Source of the DNA: Bacilli bacterium
GTDB lineage: Bacteria > Bacillota_I > Bacilli_A > RFN20 > CAG-826
Length of the DNA: 64,000 nt
NCBI GenBank assembly: GCA_024409055.1
Contig: JAKSUL010000001.1
Coordinates: 36,490-100,489, forward strand
Direction: 5' to 3'
Shown: piece after piece, positions 49,818 to 63,955 of the stretch
How the letters are laid out: each line of letters opens with the position of its first letter
Position numbering within the stretch: the stretch's first letter is position 1
Position numbers and translations under genes: made by a program
The notes under the pieces: model-generated
The model's input: only the letters and a program-made list of their open reading frames with translations
Told to the model about the DNA's origin: nothing
Databases searched by the model: none

Positions 49818-51245
49818 TTACCTCTTTCTAATTTCTATATTCATGAATTTTGATACAACGGCTGGGTTGAATTTGCCCTTTGCCGATTTCATGACTTGTC
49901 CAATCAAGAATCCGATGGCTCTATCTTTGCCAGCCTTGAAGTCCGCGATGGACTGCGGGTTGGCGTCAAGAACCGCGTTGACGGCCGCGATGACTTCGTC
50001 GTCATTGCTGACCATTAACTGGATTCCGAGTTTTGCCTGAGCTTCTTTCGGTGAAATTCCCTCAGCAAGCACGGCGTTAAGGATATCAGCGCATTGTTTA
50101 TGGGTGAATCCGCCTTCCTGCATGTTGGAAATCTCGGCCAACACTTCAGGCTTTAACGGGAATTCATCAATGGCTATTCCGTTTTTGTTTAAGTACGCAT
50201 TAACCTCAACGATGAGCCAATTGGCCAATCCCTTCGGTGATTTAGCGTTTGCAAGGCCCCCTTCAAAATAAGTGGCGTTTTTGATATCGCTAAGAATGAT
50301 TTCGGCATCCGTAACGCTTAATCCGAGCTTAACGTACCTTTCCTTTTTGGAATCGTATAGTTCAGGACAAGTGGCGATGGCATCGTTGACAAATTCGTCG
50401 CTCAGCTTAATCGGAACAATGTTCGGCTCCGGGAAGTATTTGTAGTCAACAGCATCGGTCTTAACCCTCATGAGGACGGTCTTTCCGCTAGCTTCGTCAT
50501 AACGGCGAGTCTCCTGCTGAACCGGGGTTCCGGACAAAAGGAGAGAAGTCTGCCTAGCTATTTCGTAATCAAGAGCGGATTCGATGTTCTTCGTCGAGTT
50601 AAGGTTTTTGATCTCGACTTTAGTTCCGAATGTCGTTGAACCATATGGGCGGACGGAGATGTTGACGTCGCAGCGTAAGGACCCTTCTTCCATCTTGCCG
50701 TCGCTAGTTCCACTATAAACGACGATATTGCGGATAGCTTCGACGTAGTGCATGGCCTCGGTTCCGCTTCTCATCTCAGGCTTGGAGACGATTTCGACAA
50801 GAGGAACACCAGCGCGGTTATAGTCGAGGAGGCTGCAATCGGCTAGGTGAAGCTGTTTGCAGGTATCTTCTTCCATATGGATTCTTTCGATTCCGATTTT
50901 CTTTTCGTTTCCGTTTTTATCAAGAACGGTCAAGTAACCTTCTTTTCCGATCGGGCGGAACTGCTGGGTGATTTGGAACCCCTTCGGCAAGTCGCTATAG
51001 AAATAGTTCTTCCTGTCGAAATGGAGTTCGTGATCGATTTACATATGCAAGGCATTCGCGACCCTGATTGCATTAATGACGGCTTGTTTATTGACGACCG
51101 GCATAGTTCCTGGATAAGCCATATCAAGAAGGGCGACTTGGCTATTCGGATCACGGCTGAAGGAACAAGGAGCCGCGGAGAACATCTTTGATTTGGTTCT
51201 CATCTCGACGTGAATCTCGAGACCGATGACTGCTTCAAAGTTCAT
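49818..51245 (-). pseudogene. gatB: aspartyl/glutamyl-tRNA amidotransferase subunit B, interrupted by a single in-frame TAA (codon at 51039-51041)
   Basis: The two ORFs are in the same frame: …[41 protein letters not shown]…. The TAA sits where B. subtilis GatB has Glu (…ALNMEIATE…). Confidence 0.7.
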
Positions 51246-52711
51246 AGATTGCCCTCCTTTTTATTGATGACGGATAGTCCTTTTAATCCGGTGATATTTT
51301 CAAAGGCAGAAGCAACCTTGAAGAGTTCTTTTTCTTCAAAGGCGCGGCCCATGATATTGATTCCAAGCGGAAGCCCGTCTTCTAACCCTAACGGAAGGGT
51401 GATGGACGGCAAGCCGGAGAAGTTGCCGATGGCCAAGTGGTTATCGGCAATGAGGTATTCATCAGAAAGTTTGTCACTTTTTGCTCCGAATAACGGGGCA
51501 ACGCCAGGAGCGGCTGGGGTTAAGACGAAATCGTATTTAGAAAGAATCTCATTGGTCTTCTCTACGATCTTGGCTCTATTCTTTTGAGCCCTGAGGAACA
51601 AGACATCCTGATTTTCTCTCATAAGGGCGAATGAGCCGATGACGAAACGCCTCTTGATCAATTCCGAGAAACCTTTGGTTCTAGCGGTCATCATGACGTC
51701 CTGATAGGTTTTGCCACCATAATTCGGGCCGAATTTGATTCCGTCCAAATTGGCGTTATTGCTGGTCGCTTCAGCGCACGAAATGACGATGTAGGTAGCA
51801 TAGATGGAATCGAGTAGGTCTTTTCCAAACTCCACGCTTTCAACGATGGCGCCTTGTTTACGGAGCGCATCTATAGAAACTTTGTATTTTTTTAATAGAG
51901 CAGGGTCGGTGATCGATTCGTCGATTTCTTTGATGCAGGCGATACGAACGCCTTCGATGGATTCACCGATTTTCTCTTCGTATTTTTCGACTGGTTTAAA
52001 GGAAGAAGTCGAATCCTTGTCATCCCTTCCGGAAAGAAGGCCTAAGAGCAAAGCGGAATCTTCGACGTTTCTAGTGAAATAACCGACGTGGTCTAGTGAC
52101 GGAGCAAACGGGAATAAACCAAACCTAGAAATACGTCCCCAGGTCGGTTTTAAGCCGACAAGGCCGGCTAAAGAAGCCGGTTTTCTAACAGAGTCGCCGG
52201 TATCGGAGCCTAAAGCGAAAGGAACAATAGACGCAGCGGTTGAGGCGGCCGATCCACAGCTTGAACCGCCGACCATGCGTTTATGTTCTGGGTCATATGG
52301 GTTATAGGTCGTTCCAAGATGTCCGGTCGTGCCAGTTCCGCCCATGGCGAGTTCATCAAGCGTGCTCTTGCCGATCATGACCGCTTTAGCGGCCTTAAGT
52401 TTGGTTATGACAGTCGCATCAAAAAGAGGAACGTATCCTTTTAAGATGTTGCTGGAAGCGGTCGTTTCGATATCTTTGGTCGAGAAATTGTCTTTGGCGA
52501 TATAAGGGATGCCATAGAAGACATTGTCCTTTTCGACTTCGGTTAAGGAGCTAGCGAATTCGAGAGCCTCTTTTTCACAAATAGTCTCGAAGGCGTTTTC
52601 TTTGTTGGCCTTTGCTCTAGCGACAGCTTCTTTGGTTAGTTCTAATGGAGTGGTTTCCCCATTAACGAGGGCTTCATGAATTTCCCTGATAGATAAATCT
52701 AAGTAACTCAT
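51242..52711 (-). CDS. gatA: glutamyl-tRNA(Gln) amidotransferase subunit A
   Basis: 489 aa; amidase signature GGSSCGSAA. Confidence 0.95.
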   Translation of the reverse strand: MSYLDLSIREIHEALVNGETTPLELTKEAVARAKANKENAFETICEKEALEFASSLTEVEKDNVFYGIPYIAKDNFSTKDIETTASSNILKGYVPLFDATVITKLKAAKAVMIGKSTLDELAMGGTGTTGHLGTTYNPYDPEHKRMVGGSSCGSAASTAASIVPFALGSDTGDSVRKPASLAGLVGLKPTWGRISRFGLFPFAPSLDHVGYFTRNVEDSALLLGLLSGRDDKDSTSSFKPVEKYEEKIGESIEGVRIACIKEIDESITDPALLKKYKVSIDALRKQGAIVESVEFGKDLLDSIYATYIVISCAEATSNNANLDGIKFGPNYGGKTYQDVMMTARTKGFSELIKRRFVIGSFALMRENQDVLFLRAQKNRAKIVEKTNEILSKYDFVLTPAAPGVAPLFGAKSDKLSDEYLIADNHLAIGNFSGLPSITLPLGLEDGLPLGINIMGRAFEEKELFKVASAFENITGLKGLSVINKKEGNL

Positions 52712-53028
52712 TATCCAACCACCTTCGGCAATTTGATCTGCCCGTCTTGCTTAGAACCAGCGTTCCTAAGAGCGTCTTCTTTCTTTAACGGCTCTTCGGC
52801 AACATCCTCGCGAAGATAAGAAACCTCGCAAGGGAAAGGGAAGGTCATCGGGGCATAGTTTTCTAGCCCTTCGATCTTTCCTATCATCTCCATCTGCTTT
52901 TTAAGAACGTCAAACTCTTGGAGCAGGGTCTGATATTCTTCCTCCGACATGTCGAACATCAATCTGTTCGCAGCATCGCGGAGAACGTCGAGTGTAATTT
53001 CTTTCATATCCGTAAAATTGTAATCCAA
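52711..53028 (-). CDS. gatC: glutamyl-tRNA(Gln) amidotransferase subunit C
   Basis: 105 aa; position and size. Confidence 0.8.
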   Translation of the reverse strand: MDYNFTDMKEITLDVLRDAANRLMFDMSEEEYQTLLQEFDVLKKQMEMIGKIEGLENYAPMTFPFPCEVSYLREDVAEEPLKKEDALRNAGSKQDGQIKLPKVVG

Positions 53029-53045
53029 ATTACAATATAGTCCAA

Positions 53046-57382
<4,337 letters not shown>

Positions 57383-57600
57383 ATAGTTCCTTATAAATAA
57401 GGAAAGGGTGACTAAGTTAAAAATCGCTCATTTTTTCTCACACGGAAAAGGTGAGGGGGGCCGGAAAAGAACGAATGGGGGACGTTCCAGGAGTATGCAT
57501 AGGCGGTTTGCACGGCCTCCCTCACTATTCTATTGGGGAGTTTTTCGAAAAAGGGGCAAAAAAACTACGTAAAAGCAAAAAATACACATACAATTTGTTC

Positions 57601-58509
57601 ATGTCTTTCTTCAAAGAAAGGAAAACCCCTATCGAAAACATAGCGTTTATGGGCCTGATGTGCGCCGTTAACGCCGTTTTCTCTTTGATAGCCACACTGT
57701 TGCCGGTTGGGGCCGTCTTCATAATGTTGGTTGTCCCTCTTGGAAGTGCTTTGGTGGCCAAACTTTGCAAAGCCAAATACCTGCCGATTTATCTTTTCGC
57801 CGCTATCGGCGTAAGTATTGCCATAACCGCCTGGGATTTCTCCACCACAATCTTTTATACATTCCCCGCTATTTGTTCCGGACTACTTTTCGGCTTTCTA
57901 AAAAGAAGAGACGTACCCACCGCTTTATGCGTCTTAGGCGTGACTCTTGTCCAAATCGGATTCACCTATTTATCTTTGCCAATCGTAAAAGCTATATACG
58001 GAATCGACATGGTCTTCTCGATCGAAAAGGCATTTGGAGTAGAGACTCATCCATATATCTCCGACATAGTTCCTTCTTTCATAATCGCTTATGCAATGGC
58101 GCAAAGCGCAATCTCCTCATTGTTCATGACGGCAGGTTTATTCGAGGATAAAGAGAAAGAGATTGGAAAACTTCAGTTCATTTATCCGGCATTAGATATT
58201 CTCATTTCAATCATTTCGGCAGCGTTAATAATCTGCGGGGTGAGGAACGTGGGCTATGCGTTACTATGCTTCGCCATATACTTTTCTTGCATATCTCTAT
58301 TTGGTATTTTCACTAAAATCAACGTCACGTCCCTCGTAATAGGCGGGGCATTGGTCGTAATTTCTATCTTTGTTTTCGCCATAATTAACCCTAGTTTGTC
58401 GCCCTGGCAAAAGCCGGCTTTGTTCCTCATGTATTGCGTATCTATGGCTATTTCTTATATAGCCAATCTCCTTTTTCTCTACAAAAAGGGAAATAGTTCT
58501 CTAAAATAG
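57601..58509 (+). CDS. polytopic membrane protein of unknown function (start uncertain: 57601 ATG, or 57475 ATG within a structured leader)
   Basis: about 8 TM; ORF-track start 57451 is a GTG embedded in a 13-bp helix and is unlikely. Confidence 0.5.
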   Translation: MSFFKERKTPIENIAFMGLMCAVNAVFSLIATLLPVGAVFIMLVVPLGSALVAKLCKAKYLPIYLFAAIGVSIAITAWDFSTTIFYTFPAICSGLLFGFLKRRDVPTALCVLGVTLVQIGFTYLSLPIVKAIYGIDMVFSIEKAFGVETHPYISDIVPSFIIAYAMAQSAISSLFMTAGLFEDKEKEIGKLQFIYPALDILISIISAALIICGVRNVGYALLCFAIYFSCISLFGIFTKINVTSLVIGGALVVISIFVFAIINPSLSPWQKPALFLMYCVSMAISYIANLLFLYKKGNSSLK

Positions 58510-58518
58510 AGAGGTCTT

Positions 58519-59088
58519 ATGTACAGGTTTCTTAGAGGATTTGGCTTAGGCCTCCTATACGCACTCCTATTGCCCTTCATGATCGTTGCTTTCGCGATCA
58601 TCGCTGTTTTCTATGGAATCGTTAACTTCTTGATCAACCTCGTCAAAGCCATAATCCACTTCTTCAAAGGGGAGCCCATCTTTCCTCCGTTTGATGAAGA
58701 CGTTAGGGCTGACGAAATATTGACTACTCCGGCACCGGCCCCAATTTCCCAACCGGCACCGCAACCGACCACAAACGTCTATTTGCAAACCAATTACTAT
58801 CCTGGTCAACAAGGATTCCCTGCTCCTGGAGCTGCCCCGATGCCAAATCCTCAAGTTCCACCGCAGCCCATGCCTCAGGCTCAATTCCAACCTCAGCCAA
58901 ATCCATATCAGCAGCCTTACTACCAACAGCCGCAAATCCAACCACAAACTCAGCCTCAGCCCCAATTCATTGAGAATCAGAATCAGCAGCCCCTTTCTCA
59001 GGAAGAAGACCCATTTAGGATCCCCGTCCAGGAAGAGCTACCTCTCGATGATCAGATGCCGGACGAGCAAAAGGAGGACGAAGAATGA
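58519..59088 (+). CDS. membrane-anchored Pro/Gln-rich low-complexity protein
   Basis: 189 aa; N-terminal 2 TM then PQPxPQ repeats and acidic tail. Confidence 0.55.
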   Translation: MYRFLRGFGLGLLYALLLPFMIVAFAIIAVFYGIVNFLINLVKAIIHFFKGEPIFPPFDEDVRADEILTTPAPAPISQPAPQPTTNVYLQTNYYPGQQGFPAPGAAPMPNPQVPPQPMPQAQFQPQPNPYQQPYYQQPQIQPQTQPQPQFIENQNQQPLSQEEDPFRIPVQEELPLDDQMPDEQKEDEE

Positions 59089-59798
59089 TTTACTCACCTC
59101 TTTTTGCCTCGATTGAGGTCTCCGAAAACGATAGAAGATTACTAGTTTTCCTCATCATATTCCTTCTCTTAACTCTAGCCATCGCTGGAGGCGTTGGATA
59201 TTTGATTAGAAAAACGATGAGCTATCAATCGAAGAGAGTTAATTCTCTTTGTACAAAGGTTCTTACGACCAAAGTCGTTTGCGAGGAAAAACACTACAAG
59301 CAATACGCTTCAAAGAAGAGTTCGATCCTCTACTTCAAACAAAGCTTCATCGGCGTCGTAATAGGAATCGCCGGGTTGTTACTCTGGGTCATCTCAAGCG
59401 CCATAATGCAATCTTGGGGCGAAAACATGTTCTATTACTTCGGGAATGACCTCTTCTACATATTCGGAGTAAACGAAACTTCCCAGTCTTGGAATTTCCT
59501 AAATATCACCTTCCACACTTTAGTGGTAGTCAATAACGGAGGAGCCGGACCAATATTCGTGCCCGAACACATCCCCTACTACTTAGAAACAATATTCTTC
59601 GTAACATCCTTCTGCTGGATAATGGTGGCGACTCAGGCGTTTGTCTCTCGTTACTTCGCCATTCAAAAATTCGCCAAAGAAGCCGCCGATAGAACGCTTA
59701 AAGATTTCACGTTTGCATCTACTCCTGGTTCTTTAGCGGAACCAACTCAGACTCAGGATGCAAACACTCCTACAAACAACCTTCCGACAGAACAATAG
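59085..59798 (+). CDS. membrane protein of unknown function
   Basis: 237 aa; 4-5 TM; ATGA overlap with previous gene. Confidence 0.55.
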   Translation: MIYSPLFASIEVSENDRRLLVFLIIFLLLTLAIAGGVGYLIRKTMSYQSKRVNSLCTKVLTTKVVCEEKHYKQYASKKSSILYFKQSFIGVVIGIAGLLLWVISSAIMQSWGENMFYYFGNDLFYIFGVNETSQSWNFLNITFHTLVVVNNGGAGPIFVPEHIPYYLETIFFVTSFCWIMVATQAFVSRYFAIQKFAKEAADRTLKDFTFASTPGSLAEPTQTQDANTPTNNLPTEQ

Positions 59799-59801
59799 AA
59801 A

Positions 59802-59846
59802 ACGAGCTCGTGACAACAACACGGGCTCGTTATTTTTAATTGTTCC
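59802..59846 (+). terminator. rho-independent terminator
   Basis: aacgagc…gctcgtt hairpin then atttttaatt. Confidence 0.5.
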
Positions 59847-59848
59847 TA

Positions 59849-60001
59849 TCAATGGCCAAGGGTGTTACTGAAGAGGTCAAACACCTCAATGAGAATAAGA
59901 ATCAGCATAACCAAAACCAGAATAACGCCGAGGATGAATATCCTCCTTCTAGCGATGTCTTTCTTGCTTAGGTCAATTTTTTCTTTCTTCTCTATTTCCA
60001 T
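59849..60001 (-). CDS. possible 50-aa small hydrophobic protein immediately downstream of asnS (low confidence)
   Basis: Own translation MEIEKKEKIDLSKKDIARRRIFILGVILVLVMLILILIEVFDLFSNTLGH; no SD; 5 nt after asnS stop. Confidence 0.25.
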   Translation of the reverse strand: MEIEKKEKIDLSKKDIARRRIFILGVILVLVMLILILIEVFDLFSNTLGH

Positions 60002-60006
60002 ATCGA

Positions 60007-61392
60007 TTAGTACTTAATGTTGCTGGATGTTCTTGGGAACGGTTCGGTGTCACGGATGTTGGCGACGCCGGTGATATACATCAAAAGGCGATCGAAACCG
60101 ATGCCGAATCCGCTGTGGATGCATCCGCCGTACTTACGAAGGTTGAGATACCATTCAAGGCCTTCTTTGTTTCCAATTGCGGCCATCTTCTTCTCGAGGA
60201 TATCGTAACGTTCTTCCCTTTGGGAACCGCCGATTATTTCACCTTCTCCAGGAACAAGGCAGTCACACGCGGCGACAGTCTTACCGTCATCGTTTTCACG
60301 CATATAGAAGGCTTTGATTTCTTTCGGGTAGTTGATGAGGAACATCGGTCCTTTGACGACTTCCTCCGTCAAATAACGCTCATGCTCGCTTTGCAAGTCC
60401 ATGCCCCATTCGATGTTGGAGTTCTCGAACTTATGCCCGTTCTTAACGGCCTCTTGGAGGATTTTGATGCCATCCGTATATTCCATTTTGGTGAACGGGG
60501 TGGCTAAAACGGCATTGAGCTTATCGAACAATCCTTTGGAAATGAAGTTGTTGAAGAAATCCATTTCGTCCGGGCATTTGTCCATAACGTATTTGATGCA
60601 GTATTTGATGCACTCTTCCATGAGAACCATGTCATCTTCGAGATCAGCGAAGGCGATTTCCGGCTCAATCATCCAGAACTCAGAAGCGTGACGTGGGGTG
60701 TTGCTCTTCTCGGCACGGAAAGTCGGGCCGAAGGTGTAAACATCACGGAAAGCCAAAGCAAAGGCCTCGACGTGAAGCTGTCCGGAGACAGTAAGCGAAG
60801 CTTTGCGACCAAAGAAGTCGTTATAGGCATCCTTGGCATCGGTGACGACAGTGAAGACGCTTCCGGCGCCTTCGGCGTCATTACCGGTGATTTCCGGAGT
60901 GTGAACGTAGACGAACCCTTTGTCTTGGAAGAATTCATGAATTCCGCGAGCCAAAACGGAACGGACCCTATATAAGGCCGCGAATGTATTGGTCCTCGGA
61001 CGGAGATAGCAAAGCTCTCTTAAGTATTCAAGAGAATGGAATTTCTTTTGAAGTGGGTAATCGGAAGCAACGTCTCCAAGGACGACGATTTCGGTCGCAT
61101 GAAGTTCGAACGGTTGTTTCATCTCCGGAGTCAAAACGATAGTTCCTTTTACCCCGATGCAAGCGCCGGTCAAAATATGTCCGACTTTGTCGAAATTCGG
61201 GAGTTTGGAATCATAGACAACTTGGATGGTTTTGAAGCAAGAACCATCGTTAACCGCGATGAAACCGACCTGGCCGCTGCTGCGGTTGGTCCTGACCCAT
61301 CCTTCAACAAGAACGGGGCTTAATTTAGAAATGTCCTCTTTTGAAGCATGAGCGGCGTAGAGGTCACGCACTGTAATGGCTTTTGGTTGCAT
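60007..61392 (-). CDS. asnS: asparagine--tRNA ligase
   Basis: 461 aa; class II aaRS, N-terminal OB fold, motifs 2/3. Confidence 0.95.
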   Translation of the reverse strand: MQPKAITVRDLYAAHASKEDISKLSPVLVEGWVRTNRSSGQVGFIAVNDGSCFKTIQVVYDSKLPNFDKVGHILTGACIGVKGTIVLTPEMKQPFELHATEIVVLGDVASDYPLQKKFHSLEYLRELCYLRPRTNTFAALYRVRSVLARGIHEFFQDKGFVYVHTPEITGNDAEGAGSVFTVVTDAKDAYNDFFGRKASLTVSGQLHVEAFALAFRDVYTFGPTFRAEKSNTPRHASEFWMIEPEIAFADLEDDMVLMEECIKYCIKYVMDKCPDEMDFFNNFISKGLFDKLNAVLATPFTKMEYTDGIKILQEAVKNGHKFENSNIEWGMDLQSEHERYLTEEVVKGPMFLINYPKEIKAFYMRENDDGKTVAACDCLVPGEGEIIGGSQREERYDILEKKMAAIGNKEGLEWYLNLRKYGGCIHSGFGIGFDRLLMYITGVANIRDTEPFPRTSSNIKY

Positions 61393-61430
61393 ATTTTTAG
61401 TATAAAGACTAATTGTCTTTTTTGTAGTTA

Positions 61431-62447
61431 TTAGGAGAGAAAATCGTCCCAGTGATCGATTTTCCAGTTGGGGTCTACCCCAAGGTTAAGAGGAGCGAAC
61501 GTTTTTCTGACGTATAGATGCTCAGCGACTTTGGCTATCATGGCAGCCTGATCGGTCGTGCACCATAGCGGCGGGATGATTAAGTCGATATCGGTGCCCT
61601 CCACCGCTTTTTTCATCTCATCGCGTAGATAAGAGTTAGCGGATACGCCACCGGCCAAGACTATCTGCTTGACGTTGAAGTCTTTCGCAGCGGCCATGGC
61701 TTTTTCCATAATCATGCCGATTGCGACATCTTGGAAGGAACGAGCCATATCGTCGAGCCTTACCAATTCGCCTTTCATCTTAAGCTGATTGACGAGATTA
61801 ATGACCGAAGTCTTTAAGCCCGAATAAGAGAAGTCATACGGCCCCGGGCTTTGTGGCCTTGGAAGGTTATATGTGTGTTGACCAAGTTTGGCGTGCTGAT
61901 CAATTGGGAGGCCACCCGGATAAGGGAGTCCCAACACACGGGCGACTTTGTCGTAGCATTCTCCGACTGCGTCGTCTTTTGTTTCCCCGACGATTTCGAA
62001 GTCCATATCGCCACGCATAATGACGAGCTCTGTATTTCCGCCCGAGACGACGACGCATAGAAGCGGAAACTTTAATTCTCCTACGTACTCGTTCGCATAG
62101 ATGTGCCCAGCCAAGTGATGAACCGGGATGAGCGGCTTCTTATAAAGCATCGCTAACGTTTTGGCGGCTTGAAGCCCAACGTGGAGGCACCCAATTAGTC
62201 CCGGGCCTCTAGTGACCGCGAAGGCATCGATGTCCTCTAAGGTCAATTTTGCTTTTCTCAAAGCCTCTTCGATACAGATCGTTATATTCTCTGTGTGAAG
62301 CCTTGAAGCGATTTCGGGCATGACGCCACCGTATTTTTCGTGAACGGAAATCTGAGTGGCGACGATATTGCTCAATAGTTCACCGTCTTGGGTGATGGCG
62401 ACGCTTGTTTCGTCGCAGCTAGATTCGATAGCTAAGATCCTAGTCAT
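61431..62447 (-). CDS. tsaD: tRNA N6-adenosine threonylcarbamoyltransferase
   Basis: 338 aa; Kae1/YgjD family, metal-binding HxxxH-type residues. Confidence 0.95.
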   Translation of the reverse strand: MTRILAIESSCDETSVAITQDGELLSNIVATQISVHEKYGGVMPEIASRLHTENITICIEEALRKAKLTLEDIDAFAVTRGPGLIGCLHVGLQAAKTLAMLYKKPLIPVHHLAGHIYANEYVGELKFPLLCVVVSGGNTELVIMRGDMDFEIVGETKDDAVGECYDKVARVLGLPYPGGLPIDQHAKLGQHTYNLPRPQSPGPYDFSYSGLKTSVINLVNQLKMKGELVRLDDMARSFQDVAIGMIMEKAMAAAKDFNVKQIVLAGGVSANSYLRDEMKKAVEGTDIDLIIPPLWCTTDQAAMIAKVAEHLYVRKTFAPLNLGVDPNWKIDHWDDFLS

Positions 62448-63492
62448 TGACGATACTCCTTACCATGTAAATGGCATCTTCCCCATCATCGTAATATGCC
62501 TTCTTCGTTACGATGTCCTCAAAGGCGTGTCTCTTATAGAATCGATGGGCGTTCTCATTTGATTTTCTAACTTCCAAAGTGATGAAGTCGACTTCGTCCT
62601 TTTGGCTCTTGCACACCTTGACCATCTCGCCGATTAGCAAAGTGCCAACGCCTTTCTTTCTATAGGCCTCGTCAACGGCGATTTGGCTTATAGTCGCGGA
62701 ATCAAACGTAACCATGAAATCAATGAAGCCGATGACTTTGGCGTCCGCGATGGCGACGAAGAAGTAACCAACCGGATTATTCATTAGCTCATATGTGATT
62801 TGTTCTTCTGTATATGGGTTTTTGAAACAGGCCTTTTCGATTTCGCAGACAGAAGGAATATCGGCCGTATTCATTTTGCGAACAATGATCTTGGTCTCGG
62901 ATTCATAGGCGTCCTTAAGGTAAATCGGCCTTGCGCCTAACGGCTCTTCGACAAGATGATCCTCGTCGATGGCGTTAGCTAAATTGGCCATGACATTGAC
63001 GCGTTTTCCTTCGATTTCCAAATACCCGACATCGCCGGAAATAACGAAATCAGGGTGGGCGTCTATATATTGAAGAAGCGAAGCGTTATCCATAATGCAG
63101 TCAGCGACAATGGCTTTTTTGCCTTGGTAAACCCCGACATAGCTTCTTTTGCTTCTTGCGTTTACGATGGCGATGGTCGGCTCTTCTTCAAATCTCATGG
63201 CTTCTAAAGAGCTAGAAACATATAAAGGGCAATCTAAAGCCAAGGCCACGGTTTTAGCGATGGTCATCGCAATACGGACTCCGGTGTAGGATCCTGGGCC
63301 CTTGGTCACAGAAACGGAAGAGATATCCTTTCTTGTAATTTCGTGCTTATTCAAAATCTTATCGATTTCATCGACCATCAACTCGGACTGCCTTTGCCAA
63401 GCTTGGTAAGAGACGGAATCGATCAAAACGCCGTTTTTGGAAATGCCGACGGCAAGATCGGTATTGGAAGAATCCAAAAGCAAATCAATCAT
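62440..63492 (-). CDS. TsaB (YeaZ) fused in frame to RimI-type GNAT N-acetyltransferase
   Basis: Start ATG 63492 (AAGGAGG SD). The first about 215 aa are TsaB-like. The remainder (…IIVRKMNTADIPSVCEIEKACF… QIAVDEAYRKKGVGTLL…) is a GNAT fold like RimI. No stop between the domains. Confidence 0.8.
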   Translation of the reverse strand: MIDLLLDSSNTDLAVGISKNGVLIDSVSYQAWQRQSELMVDEIDKILNKHEITRKDISSVSVTKGPGSYTGVRIAMTIAKTVALALDCPLYVSSSLEAMRFEEEPTIAIVNARSKRSYVGVYQGKKAIVADCIMDNASLLQYIDAHPDFVISGDVGYLEIEGKRVNVMANLANAIDEDHLVEEPLGARPIYLKDAYESETKIIVRKMNTADIPSVCEIEKACFKNPYTEEQITYELMNNPVGYFFVAIADAKVIGFIDFMVTFDSATISQIAVDEAYRKKGVGTLLIGEMVKVCKSQKDEVDFITLEVRKSNENAHRFYKRHAFEDIVTKKAYYDDGEDAIYMVRSIVND

Positions 63493-63955
63493 GGAATGCC
63501 TCCTTAATAGAAGAAATGAGGCGGTCAAAATTGGCCGAATCGGACGAAATCGTTATTTCGCGATTGTCGCCACCGATGTTTTTCAAAGTGACGACTAAAT
63601 TATCTTCAGGAATCAATTTCTCGATAAAGACCGGCCACTCAATAAAACAAACACCGTCGCCTTCGATATACTCGTCTAATCCAATTTCGATGTTTTGGTT
63701 TTCAAGGCGATACGCATCGATGTGATAAAGAGGGATAGTTCCCTTGAAATAGCATTTCATTATGTTGAACGTCGGAGATATGACGTCTTCTTTGACATTC
63801 AGCCCTTCAGCCACGCCGCCAACCAATGTGGTCTTGCCGGCTCCTAAATCACCTTTTAGCAAAATAACATCGCCCCTTTGAAGGTTGGAGGCGATTAGAA
63901 GACCGAGTTTTCTCGTTTCTTCTTTGCTAGAGGTTTTAATTACAACTTCGCTCAT
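63485..63955 (-). CDS. tsaE: tRNA threonylcarbamoyladenosine biosynthesis protein TsaE
   Basis: 156 aa; P-loop GDLGAGKTTL; 8-nt overlap with tsaB start. Confidence 0.9.
   Translation of the reverse strand: MSEVVIKTSSKEETRKLGLLIASNLQRGDVILLKGDLGAGKTTLVGGVAEGLNVKEDVISPTFNIMKCYFKGTIPLYHIDAYRLENQNIEIGLDEYIEGDGVCFIEWPVFIEKLIPEDNLVVTLKNIGGDNREITISSDSANFDRLISSIKEAFHD

Noticed and set aside
51036-51044. Stop-codon reassignment (TAA read as sense) to explain the gatB interruption
   Set aside because: TAA terminates rpsJ and asnS and TGA terminates rpmJ in the same window, so a standard code is in use.
61393-61430. aagac-taatt-gtctt hairpin with T-run between tsaD and asnS
   Set aside because: T-run is on the plus strand, where no upstream gene exists. 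The stem has only two G·C pairs. Not counted as a terminator.
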